Of a DNA stretch of 64,000 bases, positions 38,377 to 50,000 are shown one piece after another; the stretch's first letter is position 1, and each line of letters starts with the position of its first letter. This DNA comes from an uncultured virus (IMG/VR IMGVR_UViG_3300021431_000013). Taxonomy: Duplodnaviria; Heunggongvirae; Uroviricota; Caudoviricetes. Under the pieces are notes generated by a model, which saw only the letters and a list, made by a program, of their open reading frames with translations, was not told the DNA's origin and did no database searches. Location of the stretch: the IMG/VR virus record IMGVR_UViG_3300021431_000013; one strand, 5' to 3'. The position numbers and the translations under genes were made by a program.

Positions 38377-39078
38377 ATGTCAAAACCATTTACAGCAGAG
38401 CAGAATAGATGGCTTACTGATAATATATCGAAGTATGCTAATTATGCTGAATTGACGATTGGATTTAATAATCAGTTTGGTACAAATTATAAATGGACAA
38501 GAGATGGTTATAATCCAATTGAACGTAGATGTACTAGAATGGGATTACGAAGATATTCTACTAATTATGGATTTACTAAAGAAGAAGATGCGTGGCTTAA
38601 AGAATATGCACCTCGCTTTTCTAGTAAGTGGTTGTCCGATAACATAGTTCAAGTATCAGGAAGAAAACATTCTGCTGAGGCGATTAAAATGCACGTAAGA
38701 GAATGGCTTGATATTCACAAGGGAAACGGTGGTGTTAGGGAAGATACAATACAGACGTATAAAAAACCACTCGGTTCAATTTGTTCCTGGGGACGTAGAC
38801 ATACGAGAATAAAATTATATGATACGGGCGATGATAAAAAAGACTGGTATCCATATGGAAGATATTTGTATGAGCAATATTATAACATTAAATTACCACA
38901 AGAATATCAAGTAATATTTTTAGATGGTGACTGTACAAATTTTGATATTAAGAATTTGTGTCCGGTCAATCATAGAGAACATGCGATATTAACAGTTAAC
39001 GGGTGGCACTCAAGCGGTCAGATAACTAGAACCGGTGCTATGTGGGCACGATTAGCACTATTGTTAGAGGAGAAATAA
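38377..39078 (+). CDS. HNH-domain protein with N-terminal Myb-like repeats
   Basis: FTAEQNRWL and FTKEEDAWL repeats; VIFLDGDCTNFDIKNL. Confidence 0.7.
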   Translation: MSKPFTAEQNRWLTDNISKYANYAELTIGFNNQFGTNYKWTRDGYNPIERRCTRMGLRRYSTNYGFTKEEDAWLKEYAPRFSSKWLSDNIVQVSGRKHSAEAIKMHVREWLDIHKGNGGVREDTIQTYKKPLGSICSWGRRHTRIKLYDTGDDKKDWYPYGRYLYEQYYNIKLPQEYQVIFLDGDCTNFDIKNLCPVNHREHAILTVNGWHSSGQITRTGAMWARLALLLEEK

Positions 39079-39413
39079 TGTTACCAACAAGATATTATTC
39101 AAAACAGCAGGAGAAGAAAGTAGCGAAGAAACTTCATGGCAAACGTCAGTCAAACAGCGGGGCAACAGCTTTCCAGAAGGGCGATGTAGTAACAAAAGAT
39201 TGGCTGATTGAATGTAAGACAAAGACCAAAGACTGTAGTTCTTTTACAATCAAAGAAGATTGGTTGTTAAAGAATGAAGAAGAAGCGTTTGCAATGGGAA
39301 AGAATAATTCAGCACTCTGTTTTGATTTTGGACCGAGTGCAAATAAGAGATACTATGTAATCAGTGAACGTTTGTTCGAAGTACTCAAAAACTATATCGA
39401 GGAGGAAAACTAA
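39078..39413 (+). CDS. PD-(D/E)XK nuclease (resolvase-like)
   Basis: QEKKVAK, NSGA...KGDV...IECKT. Confidence 0.75.
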   Translation: MLPTRYYSKQQEKKVAKKLHGKRQSNSGATAFQKGDVVTKDWLIECKTKTKDCSSFTIKEDWLLKNEEEAFAMGKNNSALCFDFGPSANKRYYVISERLFEVLKNYIEEEN

Positions 39414-39414
39414 G

Positions 39415-40141
39415 ATGACTTATACGATTGAACAGCAGAAGAAAGATGCTTGGTCGTTTTTGAACTGTCAGGTTAAGGCTCAGAATCTGGCAAGAAAATG
39501 TTTTAAGAGTATTAAACGTACTTATAATTTAGACGCTTTCGATAAAACCGATGTTCTTATGTCAGGCCTTGTTCATTGGTGTAAGTTACTTGATATGCAG
39601 TATTATCGAGAGGATTGGAAAGGAAATGAGCATTGTAAGTCAAACTGGGACATGGTGTATTTTGATTATAAAGGTTACAGATTCTTTGAACTTTTACCAA
39701 AAGGACGTGATAGCAAATGAAGGGAAGTAAGCCAAGAATTATTAAGTATATGAAAGAGCATGGAAGTATCTCAAGTCAGGAAGCATTTAGAGATTTAGGT
39801 ATCACAAGACTGTCAGCAAGAATCAAAGAATTGCGAGATTTGGGATATGATATTTCTACTATTATGGTAGACGGTAAGAATAGATTCGGAGAAGACGTAA
39901 GATTCGGCGTATATAGATTAAACTATAAAGGAAGTGGTATGTGATGGCAACTAAAAAATATAAGTGTAAACTGTTTTTATCGGCAGAGGGCGAGGCCACT
40001 GGATATATGTATCTAACGAAAAAAGAATATGAGTTTGTTAAAAAAGTTTCTGATACAACTAATTGGCAAGATTTTAGTGATGAAGGGTACAGCGGTAATT
40101 TTAGTATTTACTGTAAGGAGTTAGAAGGGAGTAAATTATAG
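39415..40141 (+). CDS. Three small ORFs (39415-39720; 39717-39944 winged HTH; 39941-40141)
   Basis: GSISSQEA...ITRLSARIKELR..GYDI in the middle ORF. Confidence 0.6.
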
Positions 40142-40675
40142 ATGGCAACACGAACGTTAGCAATTAAATATCGTCCTCGTGTTTGGGGCGATGTTGTAGA
40201 GCAAGGAAGTACAAAGATTATTTTACAGCAACAGTTAGAATCTGGGGAAGTTAAAAACGCATATCTGTTTTGCGGACCAGCTGGATGCGGTAAGACAACA
40301 TGTGCTAGAATCTTTGCAAACGATATTAATAAAGGTGAAGGAAATCCAATTGAACTTGATGCCGCAAGTAATAATGGCGTAGATGATGTTAGAGAAATTA
40401 TTAATCAGGCGAAGACAAAAAGTCTTAACAGCGAGTATAAAATCTTTATCATTGACGAGTGCCACGCATTGAGTAATTCAGCTTGGCAAGCTATGTTAAA
40501 GATTATTGAAGAGCCGCCGGCAAAGAGTATTTTCATTTTCGCAACGACCGATCCTCAGAAGATTCCTAAAACGATTCTTTCAAGGGTGCAGAGATATGAT
40601 TTCCAAAGAATTAGTCAGAAAGGTATCGTAGATAGATTAAAATATATACTTGATGAAGAAAACAAACATAGTTGA
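40142..40675 (+). CDS. dnaX: DNA polymerase III gamma/tau clamp-loader ATPase, N-terminal fragment
   Basis: LAIKYRP, GPAGCGKTT, ELDAAS, IIDECH, EEPP, TILSR. Confidence 0.92.
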   Translation: MATRTLAIKYRPRVWGDVVEQGSTKIILQQQLESGEVKNAYLFCGPAGCGKTTCARIFANDINKGEGNPIELDAASNNGVDDVREIINQAKTKSLNSEYKIFIIDECHALSNSAWQAMLKIIEEPPAKSIFIFATTDPQKIPKTILSRVQRYDFQRISQKGIVDRLKYILDEENKHS

Positions 40676-40731
40676 CAAATTGCTATCTTTGCTATATACT
40701 ATATTATATAGCAAAGATAGCGAGGTGTAAA

Positions 40732-41454
40732 ATGTCTGGTTATTATGTTTACGTTCATATCTCTCCGAATAATAAAAAATATTTTGGTATAACAAAACGT
40801 TATCCAACGGGACGATGGAAAAATGGTTATGGTTATGCTAGCAGTCCACATTTCTATAACGCAATATTAAAATACGGATGGAGTAATTTTCAGCATATTA
40901 TTTTGGTCGATAATTTATCTAAAGAGTGGGCGTGTCAATTAGAGCGAGATTTAATTTGGAAATATCAATCTAATAATCCTAAATATGGATATAATGTATG
41001 TGATGGTGGTGAAGGAACTAATGGTTATCATCATTCTGAATTGACAAAACAGAAATTAAGGCAATCAACTATAAACAGTTTAACTAACGGTCAACGAGGG
41101 CAGATTGCTAAAACAGTACGACAGCGATGGAAAGACGGTGTTTATAATAATAGAAAATATAATCAAGTAGCGTGGAATAAGGGACTTACAAAAGATACTG
41201 ATGAACGAATAGCTAAGAGTTGTAGAAAAGTTGGTGAGTTTCATCATAAGAAAGAATCCCGTATAAAAATGAGTGAATCACATAAAGGAAAACCAGCACA
41301 TAACAGACAAAAAGTGTTGTGTATAGAAACGGGCATTATTTATGATTCGGTCGCAGAAGCACAGAATATTACAGGCATAAACAATATAAGTTTAGCGGCA
41401 AGAAAAGTTGGTAGAACAGCAGGAAAATTGCATTGGAGGTACGTTAATGATTAA
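40732..41454 (+). mobile_element. GIY-YIG homing endonuclease (NUMOD-type C-terminus) inserted in dnaX
   Basis: YVYVH...KYFGIT, R, E, GYNVCDGGEG, KMSESHKG, VLCIETGIIYDS; own promoter and hairpin at 40672-40721. Confidence 0.88.
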
Positions 41455-41959
41455 ATATGATTTAGATGCTTTGGAGTACATAAGTAAATTGTGTGACGGA
41501 CATCTACGTGACGCCATCACACTGATGGATAAATGTTTAGCTTACTCAAAAGATTTAACACTTGAGAATGTAGTAAAAGCATTAGGAACTACAGATTATG
41601 ACACGATGTTTAAACTTACAGATGTATTACTTAGTTACGATGCTAAGTCAGCAATAAGCGTTATCGAGAACATCTTTAATAACGGCAAAGAGTTGAAAAC
41701 ATTTGTTCGTCAGTACGTGCAGTTTTTACTTGACTTAGATAAATACGGCATCGGATGTGATTGGAAATACATTCAGATTCCAAGACTTAAAGAATACGAA
41801 GACTGGATGAAAGAATGTGATGACAGTGAATTTAGTACTATTGAAGTTTGGTTATCAGTATTTGTAAATCTTAATGCAGACATTAAATGGTCGCAGTCAG
41901 TAAAGTATGATATTGAAGCGGCGATTATGTTACAGTGTGAAAGCTGGAGAGAGCGATGA
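41447..41959 (+). CDS. dnaX: DNA polymerase III gamma/tau, C-terminal fragment
   Basis: YDLDALEYISKLCDGHLRDAITLMDK sensor-2 lid motif; own GGAGGT RBS at 41435. Confidence 0.85.
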   Translation: MIKYDLDALEYISKLCDGHLRDAITLMDKCLAYSKDLTLENVVKALGTTDYDTMFKLTDVLLSYDAKSAISVIENIFNNGKELKTFVRQYVQFLLDLDKYGIGCDWKYIQIPRLKEYEDWMKECDDSEFSTIEVWLSVFVNLNADIKWSQSVKYDIEAAIMLQCESWRER

Positions 41960-42186
41960 AAAAGATAAGACGAACAGATGCAGATGTTATGTTATGCGGA
42001 AAACTTGTTGCAAAGGGATTAACAGTGGCCGCGATAGAAAAATTTACAGGTATTCCACATTCAACTGTACATTGGATAGTATTAAACAGATTACCGAGAT
42101 TGGACAGTAATTTATACAATAATTGCAAAACGATTTTTAGACTGTACAGAAGTAAGGAGAATATCGTAAATGATTGGACAGACTAA
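41956..42186 (+). CDS. SpoIIID-like HTH transcription regulator
   Basis: TV..I...G...STVH.....RLP...L....K.I pattern shared with SpoIIID. Confidence 0.65.
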   Translation: MKKIRRTDADVMLCGKLVAKGLTVAAIEKFTGIPHSTVHWIVLNRLPRLDSNLYNNCKTIFRLYRSKENIVNDWTD

Positions 42187-42979
42187 TCTACAAAGTCGAG
42201 TGGAACAGCTTATTGAGAATGATACATTCCCTCGGTTCAGCATATTTGTTGGACCGAAGGGAAGTGGTAAGAAAACATTATTGTTAGAAATGTTTGAAGG
42301 AATCTATCTTGAAGATAACAAGGTAGATTCTGTTCGTAAGATGATAGAGATGGTGTATAAAGTAGGTAACAGAACGTTTATCATGCCTGATGCTGATACA
42401 ATGTCCGTTGCCGCTAAAAACGCTTTGCTCAAAGTTATTGAAGAATGTCCTAATGATAACTATTTTATTATAACACTAGAAGATGAGGAGAATACTCTTG
42501 AAACAATCAGAAGTCGTGGAACAGTATTTCATATGGATAGATATACGCCAGATGAGATAGGTTATTATTTCTATGATAAGTATCACGCTAATCACGGTGA
42601 AGATGAAGAAGAGATAGTCAGAGAATTATGTGATACCCCCGGTGATGTTGACACACTCGTAAAGATGGGTATTCACGAGTTTTATGATTATGTTCAGCTA
42701 GTAGTAGACAATATAGCAGAGGTATCACTTGCAAATGCGTTTAAGATACCAAGTAAGCTAGCTTTAAAAGACGATGCTGAAGGGTACGATTTACGATTGT
42801 TTTTGAAAGCATTTTATAAGATATGCGGCGATAGATTTTTTATTGATTTAGAGCAGAAATACGGAGACGGATTAGCGGCTACACAAACAGCGTTACAGCA
42901 GTTAAGAATAAAGGGAATAAATAAACAAATGCTTATAGATAATTGGATATTGGAGATAAGAGAATCATGGCAGAATTAA
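42170..42979 (+). CDS. holB: Clamp-loader delta-prime-like subunit
   Basis: GPKGSGKKT, AAKNALLKVIEE, LETIRSR. Confidence 0.8.
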   Translation: MIGQTNLQSRVEQLIENDTFPRFSIFVGPKGSGKKTLLLEMFEGIYLEDNKVDSVRKMIEMVYKVGNRTFIMPDADTMSVAAKNALLKVIEECPNDNYFIITLEDEENTLETIRSRGTVFHMDRYTPDEIGYYFYDKYHANHGEDEEEIVRELCDTPGDVDTLVKMGIHEFYDYVQLVVDNIAEVSLANAFKIPSKLALKDDAEGYDLRLFLKAFYKICGDRFFIDLEQKYGDGLAATQTALQQLRIKGINKQMLIDNWILEIRESWQN

Positions 42980-44105
42980 ATTTTTATTGGAGAATGGGAG
43001 ATTATGCACTTGAAGCGTGTCCTAAACATCTTGCAAGATTTTCAGATGATGAACCAAATGAAACTATTGATTTGGTAAAATATTATCAGTATCAAGGACA
43101 TGAGAGTAAATATTCAATAGGTTATTTTTACTATGATACACATGAACCTTGTTGGGAATTAAAGTTTGTTGGTGATAGATTCAAAGAACTGTTAGATACA
43201 GATGTAGTGGCAGTGTTTAAGATGTTGAAAGCCGCTTATGATACGTTAGAAGAATGGAGTAGAAGTAGGGAGGAAGATTAAATGATAAAACTTGAAATTG
43301 AACTTCCTGAATCTTGTCTTAATTGTCCATTACATGATGGGGAGTACGGGTGGTGTAATATTGATACAAGTATATCAATAAATATGGATGAAAGACCGAG
43401 AAGTTGTCCTATTATCGAAGAAGAAAGGCAAGATGATTTAGATACGTTGAAACAACGAATTAAAGAGTTAGAAAATAAACTGGATGAACTTTATCAAGAT
43501 AGAATTAACGAAACGTGTAAGCAAATCGAAAAATTAAAAGTCGAACTTAATATGTCAGAAAATATACCAGCAAACTGTATGAACTGTTCTAATCACCCAT
43601 CAAATGGTGGAACAGGTATTTGTAATTGTATTTTAGGAGAAATGAAATGGATGTGAATGTAAGTAGTATTATATCTTTAGAAGATATGAAAGAAATAATG
43701 AACAAGAGTATCAAAAATGCTGAAACATGGGGCGATTTCTATGCCGGAATTATTATTGGCGTTTATAAATTAGGTAAAGAACACGCAAAATCAGAAATAA
43801 TTAGATGTAAAAATTGTAAATATTGGAACATTGAAGATGGTGATGTTGATAAGCGTTGTAATAAATTAAATGGATACTGGTATCCAGATGAGTACTGTAG
43901 TTGTGCAGATGTGCGAGAGGAAGAGTAAATGATTGACAGAGAAATATATTGTAAAGATTGTGATAGAAGTATATACGGAAAGTATCATGATTGTGATGTA
44001 AATATCGAGAATGATGGTAAATATGTTATGGCTGATGAGAAATGTTATTGCAAGATAACAAATGGACAGCGAGTAGAGAAATATCCTTGGGAGAAGGAGA
44101 AGTAA
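42967..44105 (+). CDS. Four small ORFs (42967-43281, 43282-43656, 43647-43928, 43929-44105), several Cys-rich
   Basis: RBS-coupled ORFs; IIRCKNCK...YCS motif recurs. Confidence 0.55.
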
Positions 44106-45050
44106 ATGGATGTAGCAACATTAAAAGCAAAGATAAAGTCTAAACAGTTACCGTCTTATCTTATATTTTCTGGCCCAGAATGGAAAGTACAAGAGATATA
44201 TATTAATCAGATAGCAAAAGTAACTGGTAAAGAAATTCGCAGAGTTGATTCTGTATTGGATATATACCGCAATTTAAAGAATAGGTCGTTTGTGAAAAAG
44301 TCCATAATCTACATAGTCCGGGATGACAAAGAGTTGATGCAGAATGAAAAGCTACAGCAACGTATTAATGACATACTAGCTGATAACATGCTCATACACG
44401 TGCTTACAAGCGTTGATAAGCGTACAAAATACTACAAGCTATACAAAGATACTATCGTTGAGTTTGAAGCGTTAAATGACGCAATCCTCGCGAAATACGT
44501 GAAGCGTGAAATCAAGCTGTCAGATAGGAATTGTCAGATGTTGATAGATATATGTGAGCATGATTACGGACGGATTCTGTTAGAGATTAATAAACTGCGG
44601 ACATATATGTTTCGGGTTGAGACTGAAGGATATGATATGAGCGGTGATGAAGCGTTTGAAACATTGATAAAAGATGGTACAATATACATTCCGCCGTATG
44701 ATGCGATATTCGATTTAGTAGATGCGATTCTGGATAGAAGAGTGAATAAGACTTTCGACCTATTACAGCAGGCATACGATGTTGGTGAAGCTACTATGGT
44801 TATGCTGTCAGTGCTTTACAATAATACGAAAGCAGTTTTACAGGTACAATCATATCACGGTGATAGTCTGAGCAAAGCAACAGGTTTGACAGGCTGGCAG
44901 ATAAAAAACGCTAAGCCGCATGTTAATAAGTATAGTGAAGAGGAACTAATCTACATACTTCGTTTGGTACAAAAGATAGAAAGCGGTATCAAGACAGGGC
45001 GTATGGAAGATGAGTTTGCAATGCAGTATTTGTTAACGCATATAATGTGA
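44106..45050 (+). CDS. holA: Clamp-loader delta-like subunit
   Basis: YLIFSGPE, VDKRTKYYK, EINKL, IFDLVDAIL, IKTG. Confidence 0.75.
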   Translation: MDVATLKAKIKSKQLPSYLIFSGPEWKVQEIYINQIAKVTGKEIRRVDSVLDIYRNLKNRSFVKKSIIYIVRDDKELMQNEKLQQRINDILADNMLIHVLTSVDKRTKYYKLYKDTIVEFEALNDAILAKYVKREIKLSDRNCQMLIDICEHDYGRILLEINKLRTYMFRVETEGYDMSGDEAFETLIKDGTIYIPPYDAIFDLVDAILDRRVNKTFDLLQQAYDVGEATMVMLSVLYNNTKAVLQVQSYHGDSLSKATGLTGWQIKNAKPHVNKYSEEELIYILRLVQKIESGIKTGRMEDEFAMQYLLTHIM

Positions 45051-45051
45051 G

Positions 45052-45582
45052 GTGATTATTATGACAAACAAGTATCATGTATCTATTCGTTTTGAGGGCG
45101 ATTATACGGTTTTTGCAGATGATGAGGATGATGCTTTTGAAATCGCCCGCCAGATTTGTATTAGCGATAGGGATTGGGAGTATGATGTAGACTTGATAGA
45201 GGATGGTACTGATGATGAACGAAATAAAAATCTGTCCGTTTAGGACGTATACTACACAATCTGTTGTGATGGATGGACAGAGTTGTGTCACTGTTACTGA
45301 ATTTATGGAGTGTTTAAAATCTAAATGTCCGGCTTGGCATATGGATTATGAAGAAATACCAGCAAGTACAAAAGGAATATGGGTAGAGCATTGTAGGAGA
45401 TTAGAGTGATGGAAAATAAAGAACATGAGTTTTGTTTACGGTGTGGGAGAAAATTAAAGAATCAGAGTGCTAGATTGTTAGGGTACGGCGCAGTATGTTA
45501 TAGGAAGATACAGACAGAAAAGAGTATACCGTTATTCTATACACAAGATGGTAAAATTGAAGCACAAAAGACTGCTGATTAG
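45052..45582 (+). CDS. Three small ORFs (45052-45243, 45212-45409, 45409-45582 DUF6011-like)
   Basis: CLRCGRKLKN...GYGAVC in the last ORF. Confidence 0.55.
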
Positions 45583-45596
45583 GGCAGTCTTTTTTG
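45567..45596 (+). terminator. Rho-independent terminator ending the replication region
   Basis: AAAGACTGC-TGATTAGG-GCAGTCTTTTTT. Confidence 0.8.
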
Positions 45597-46773
45597 ATGC
45601 GACTTTTTACTTATATATAAGAATCAACAAAAATTTTTCAAATATCGCTTGACTTCCGCATAAACATGTACTATAATAAATATAGAAATTGAAGCACACG
45701 AAAGGAGAAAAACATTATGACGAAAAGACAACAGGCAATGGTAGATAGCTATAGAAAAGCAACGGCTACTTCCTTACGTGAAGTATATTTCAGCTGGAGC
45801 ATGAAAAAAGAGCAGGCGTTTGACCGCTGTCGTGCAATTCAGTATGAGTTGAGCGGACACGATGGTAGAATCTGTTCTGCCAATTCTTACCAGTTTACAT
45901 ATGCTTTCCTGTATGAGCAGGATGGTAAGCAATATATGTGCTATCGTACCGCATCTAATGAGTACAGATTTTGCATCGAGGAGGGTTAATATGTACACAA
46001 TGAGAATGAATATCCAGACAGCCGCAACGGTTGTTATGGATTTTCTGAAAAGAAAAGGTTATCGTCCAGCTGGTTCTACTACAGACCAGCTGACGTATGT
46101 ATTTTCCGTTCTGGATTATCTTGATGATATGGGAGAAGATTATACTTTGGATGATTGGTTCAGAGATACGAAACTGAATTATCCTGAAGATTTAGTGGAG
46201 GTATAATATGAAACTTAAAACATTATTGAAGCTGTACCTTTGGCCCATTGATAGCTTTGATGTTTATGACAGGCGTACTGGTAAATTCTCATATTCAACC
46301 AGTGACCCGGAGCAATATATTGGATTAGATACTAGAATTAATAAGTTTTCCGTATATAATACGAAAACAGTGGAGGGCGATAATATTACTATTTTAGAGA
46401 TTTGGGTATAAGATAATATAACAGACTTGGTTTGATGCCAAGTCTTTTTCTTTTATTTTAAATTGTCAGATAATTTGATAAAAAGTCTAAACATTTAATT
46501 TTAATGGTTCTATTGCATTTTATATAAACGTGTAGTATAATATTAATATAGATAAGAACTAAGGGAAGTAGTAAATGCTCAGATGGTTGAATCAATCGGG
46601 CGAGCGTTGAAAAGTACCAAGACTTATCATAGAGAAGGGAGAAACAATATGATTAAGGATTTTAGAGAATGGCTGAGTGAGCAGTTCGGTTGGGAAATTG
46701 ATCCTATCGACTTGTCGGATGAAGACTATTACATGTGGGAAGACTTGTATTACGAAGAAATGGAGGAACAGAA

Positions 46774-47094
46774 ATGAAGAACGCGGAAATTATCCTTACT
46801 AACATGGAGTTTCTTATTCACGAGGGTGTAATCAAAGAAACCAACACCATTAATACTTGGAAAGGTTGGCAAAGAATTGGGTATAGAGTGAAGCGTGGCG
46901 AAGAACATATCGCCGCATTTCAGATTTGGATGCCTAAGACTAAAAAGCAGGTCGAGGAAGAAGATGCCGAGTAGACCAAAGCTGATACTAAGAAGAAAAA
47001 GGGCAGAGGTTTCTATTTAAAGACTGCTTACTGGTTCACAGATGAGCAGGTAGTTACGAATGAAGAATGGGAGAAGTTATATGGGAAAAAATAA
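46774..47094 (+). pseudogene. ArdC-like ssDNA-binding protein gene with an in-frame TAG at 46972
   Basis: NTWKGWQRIGYRVKRGE...IW before the stop; FYLKTAYWFTDEQV in the same frame after it. Confidence 0.6.
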
Positions 47095-50000
47095 GCTGTT
47101 TACAGCATACGAAGTTTGGCTGAGGAATTATCCTCAGCCAGATATAAATATATCCGATGAGTGGTGCATCGGTAAGTTCGCCAGTCTGAATGAAGCAAAT
47201 GCCTGGATTGCAGATATGGAAAAGAATTATGCCGATGATGCGTGGAAAGGGCACAAGCTGTATAACGCTAGGTTCTACGCAGAACCAGTTGAATGTACGT
47301 CCCTATTTTGAAACTATGGAAATCTACAAAGTTCGTTTCGTTAGGAGAAATGTTATGAGGAAGAAATTACCGTCGATGGTGTATAATGGAGTTGTTGTTA
47401 CCCTGAGGAGAAGCAAGTATGCAAAGAAAGGCGTTTTATATGTAATTAAATCACCGGTAAATGGTAAACCGCGTATTTTTCAGGATGAGGAGTGTCTGAA
47501 AAACTATATTGATAATGCCGAAACTCTTGAGAGTATTGGTGACGCATTAGCTAGAGATCCGTGGTAAGAGGAGGTATTGGTATGTTTGATGTTGAAAGAG
47601 CGATGGATAAGATTTTTATTGAGGTCAGTAAGCGTATCAAGGATAATCAGTATACAGATGATTGGTGCTGGTCTGAAGATTGGAATGGTTATTACTGTAT
47701 TCAGTTTGAGGTAATTGAGATGATTGTAGATGAAGATGGTGATGATATTGTAGACGAGTACGGACGTCCTGTTGAGCGGTCACGTGGTGTTTATAAATTT
47801 TTCTATCGTCAGGATGAGGAACATTACGGTGATATGGACAAAGCGATAATGGAATGGGTAAACGATAGATTTTAGTGAGGTAAAGTACTATGATGAATTG
47901 GAAGACAACCGCTAAGGTAGAGTTTTATAACAATAAGTATATCGTCTGTATTTTGAAAGACGGTATGTACACTTCTCTGGAGCGTACATGTAATGACCTG
48001 TTGGATGTGTATGCTTACATGTATAATCACAGCGTGGTAGGATTTGAGTGTGTTACTGAGAATACGGCAAAGCGTATGACAGAGGATTTTGAAGAATTGA
48101 AGGTTCGATTTTTGAAGAATTGAGGGCTCGGTGAGCCTTCAATTTTTTTATTCTAATTTTTTAGAAATGTCTTGTATTCCACATAAATGTGTAGTATAAT
48201 TATTATAGATAGATAGAGATACGAAAGGAGATATTATTATGACATATTCAATGTGGAAAGAACGATATGCGGCACAGAAGTATGCAGAGGGTTTGGAAAA
48301 GAAAAGACAACGAAACATGGAGTGGTTTTTAACCGAGTTTCTTCCAAGTGTTGCAAAACGTATTGGTAATAATCCTAACTATCCGAATAGCTGTATTGTT
48401 TCTGAGAAACAGGCAAACGTCCTTTGTTTCTACATGGAACGTGACAATTACGGAAATTCATATGCCGAAATAAGCACAGGCAGATATGAATTACAGTCAC
48501 GTGGAAACTGGTGGGCTCTTGTTAAAGTAATGTAGGAGGTAATGATATGAGTAATTTGGCAAACCTTATCGCTAACGTAGTCAGGAATAATGAGAAGAAG
48601 ATGGAGCAGTTAAAGCGGGTTCAGAGCATTTGCCTTCACCTTACAAGTGATGATGGCATTTCTGTAGATACCGAAATGTATTACGATAATATCGTTAGGT
48701 TTCGGATAAGCGGCACTCGATGCGGAATGATTATTACGTATAACACAATTACCGGTGAGATAGTTAGAAAACCTACCGGTGCAAGACCGTGGCACACTGA
48801 ATGGGAGCATATTCATGTTTCCGATATTCTGAGGAGGGTGTAATATGAGAATCACCTGGGATGAAATGTTAGAAGCACAAAAGGCTGGGTATGATGTAGT
48901 AATTATTGTCAACGGTGAATATTATGAGGTGAGTGAAGATGAGGAAAATTAAAACGAGCCATGATTTAAACATCCCCGGTTGGGGATTCATCCCAGAGGG
49001 TACAGCGTTTAAAGTGGAGAAATTTAATAAAAGGTTTATCTATGTAAAGGTAAATAGCGGAGCAACGTTGAGATTGGCAAGGAAATCTGATTGCGAAATA
49101 ATTTATTAATGGGCATGTGTGACAGTCCGAAAAACAGTGGGTAATCTACAAAGTCGAGAAGGATAAGGAGAGATAACGATGAAGGTTAAAGAGTATAATC
49201 TGGTAAAGAATATCAAAAAGACAGCCGATGCTAATAATCTGGTGTTTATCAGTGATGCGGTCGATGCACTGATGGACCTGTCACTGCTGAAGGATACTGG
49301 TCTACCAGCAGATGAGTTGGAGGTTATTGCTACAGCGATGGCTAACCATCATCTGTTCTATGAGGAATTTGATATTTGGTATCTTACTCTCGATGATTAT
49401 ACTTGGTATGAGGTTAGGGCTCAGTTTGCTCCTCATCGAGTATTCTCGGCGAAAACATGTAAACGGTTGTATACAATCTCAGAAGTGGTGAGGGTAAAAA
49501 TTACACGTATGCACCGTGACAGTATCTATGACCAGTTGGCAAAAGATGTACAGATATATGAGGCGAGGAATTATCACAGTGCCCCGGTCGAGGATATTGA
49601 AATTTAGGTTTTAGGTATACGATAGCTGAATATTATGGAAAAGAGCCTACGGGCTCTTTTTTGTTTCTCGGTATGGCATTGTTGTTTACGATGATGTTGG
49701 ATGTCTGGAAGAAAAAATTTTATATAGGACGGCGGTATTTAACGATGAAAAATGATGGTAATTTACATAGCCGATACCGCTAGGGAATTATCTTACTATT
49801 CTGACTATTTTCAGACATCTTGTATTCCATATAAATATGTAGTATAATTATTATAGAGATAAAGTATGCGAAAGGAGATATGAAACATGAGGTCAAGGCA
49901 TTATAGTCAAGATAGAAGAAATCGGGAAGATTGTATTAGAAGACGTATTGGTTACGGTATTGTAATTGCTAAATTCTTGGTAGACCGGGGACATGCTAAT

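Noticed and set aside
40664..41446. Group I intron or intein in dnaX
   Set aside because: The endonuclease ORF fills the insert, no P/Q/R/S core was seen, the ORFs are in separate frames, and there are no intein terminal residues.
46972..46974. Genome-wide TAG recoding (genetic code 15)
   Set aside because: Long genes are intact under code 11, many genes end in TAG followed by a new RBS, and no CTA-anticodon tRNA is present.
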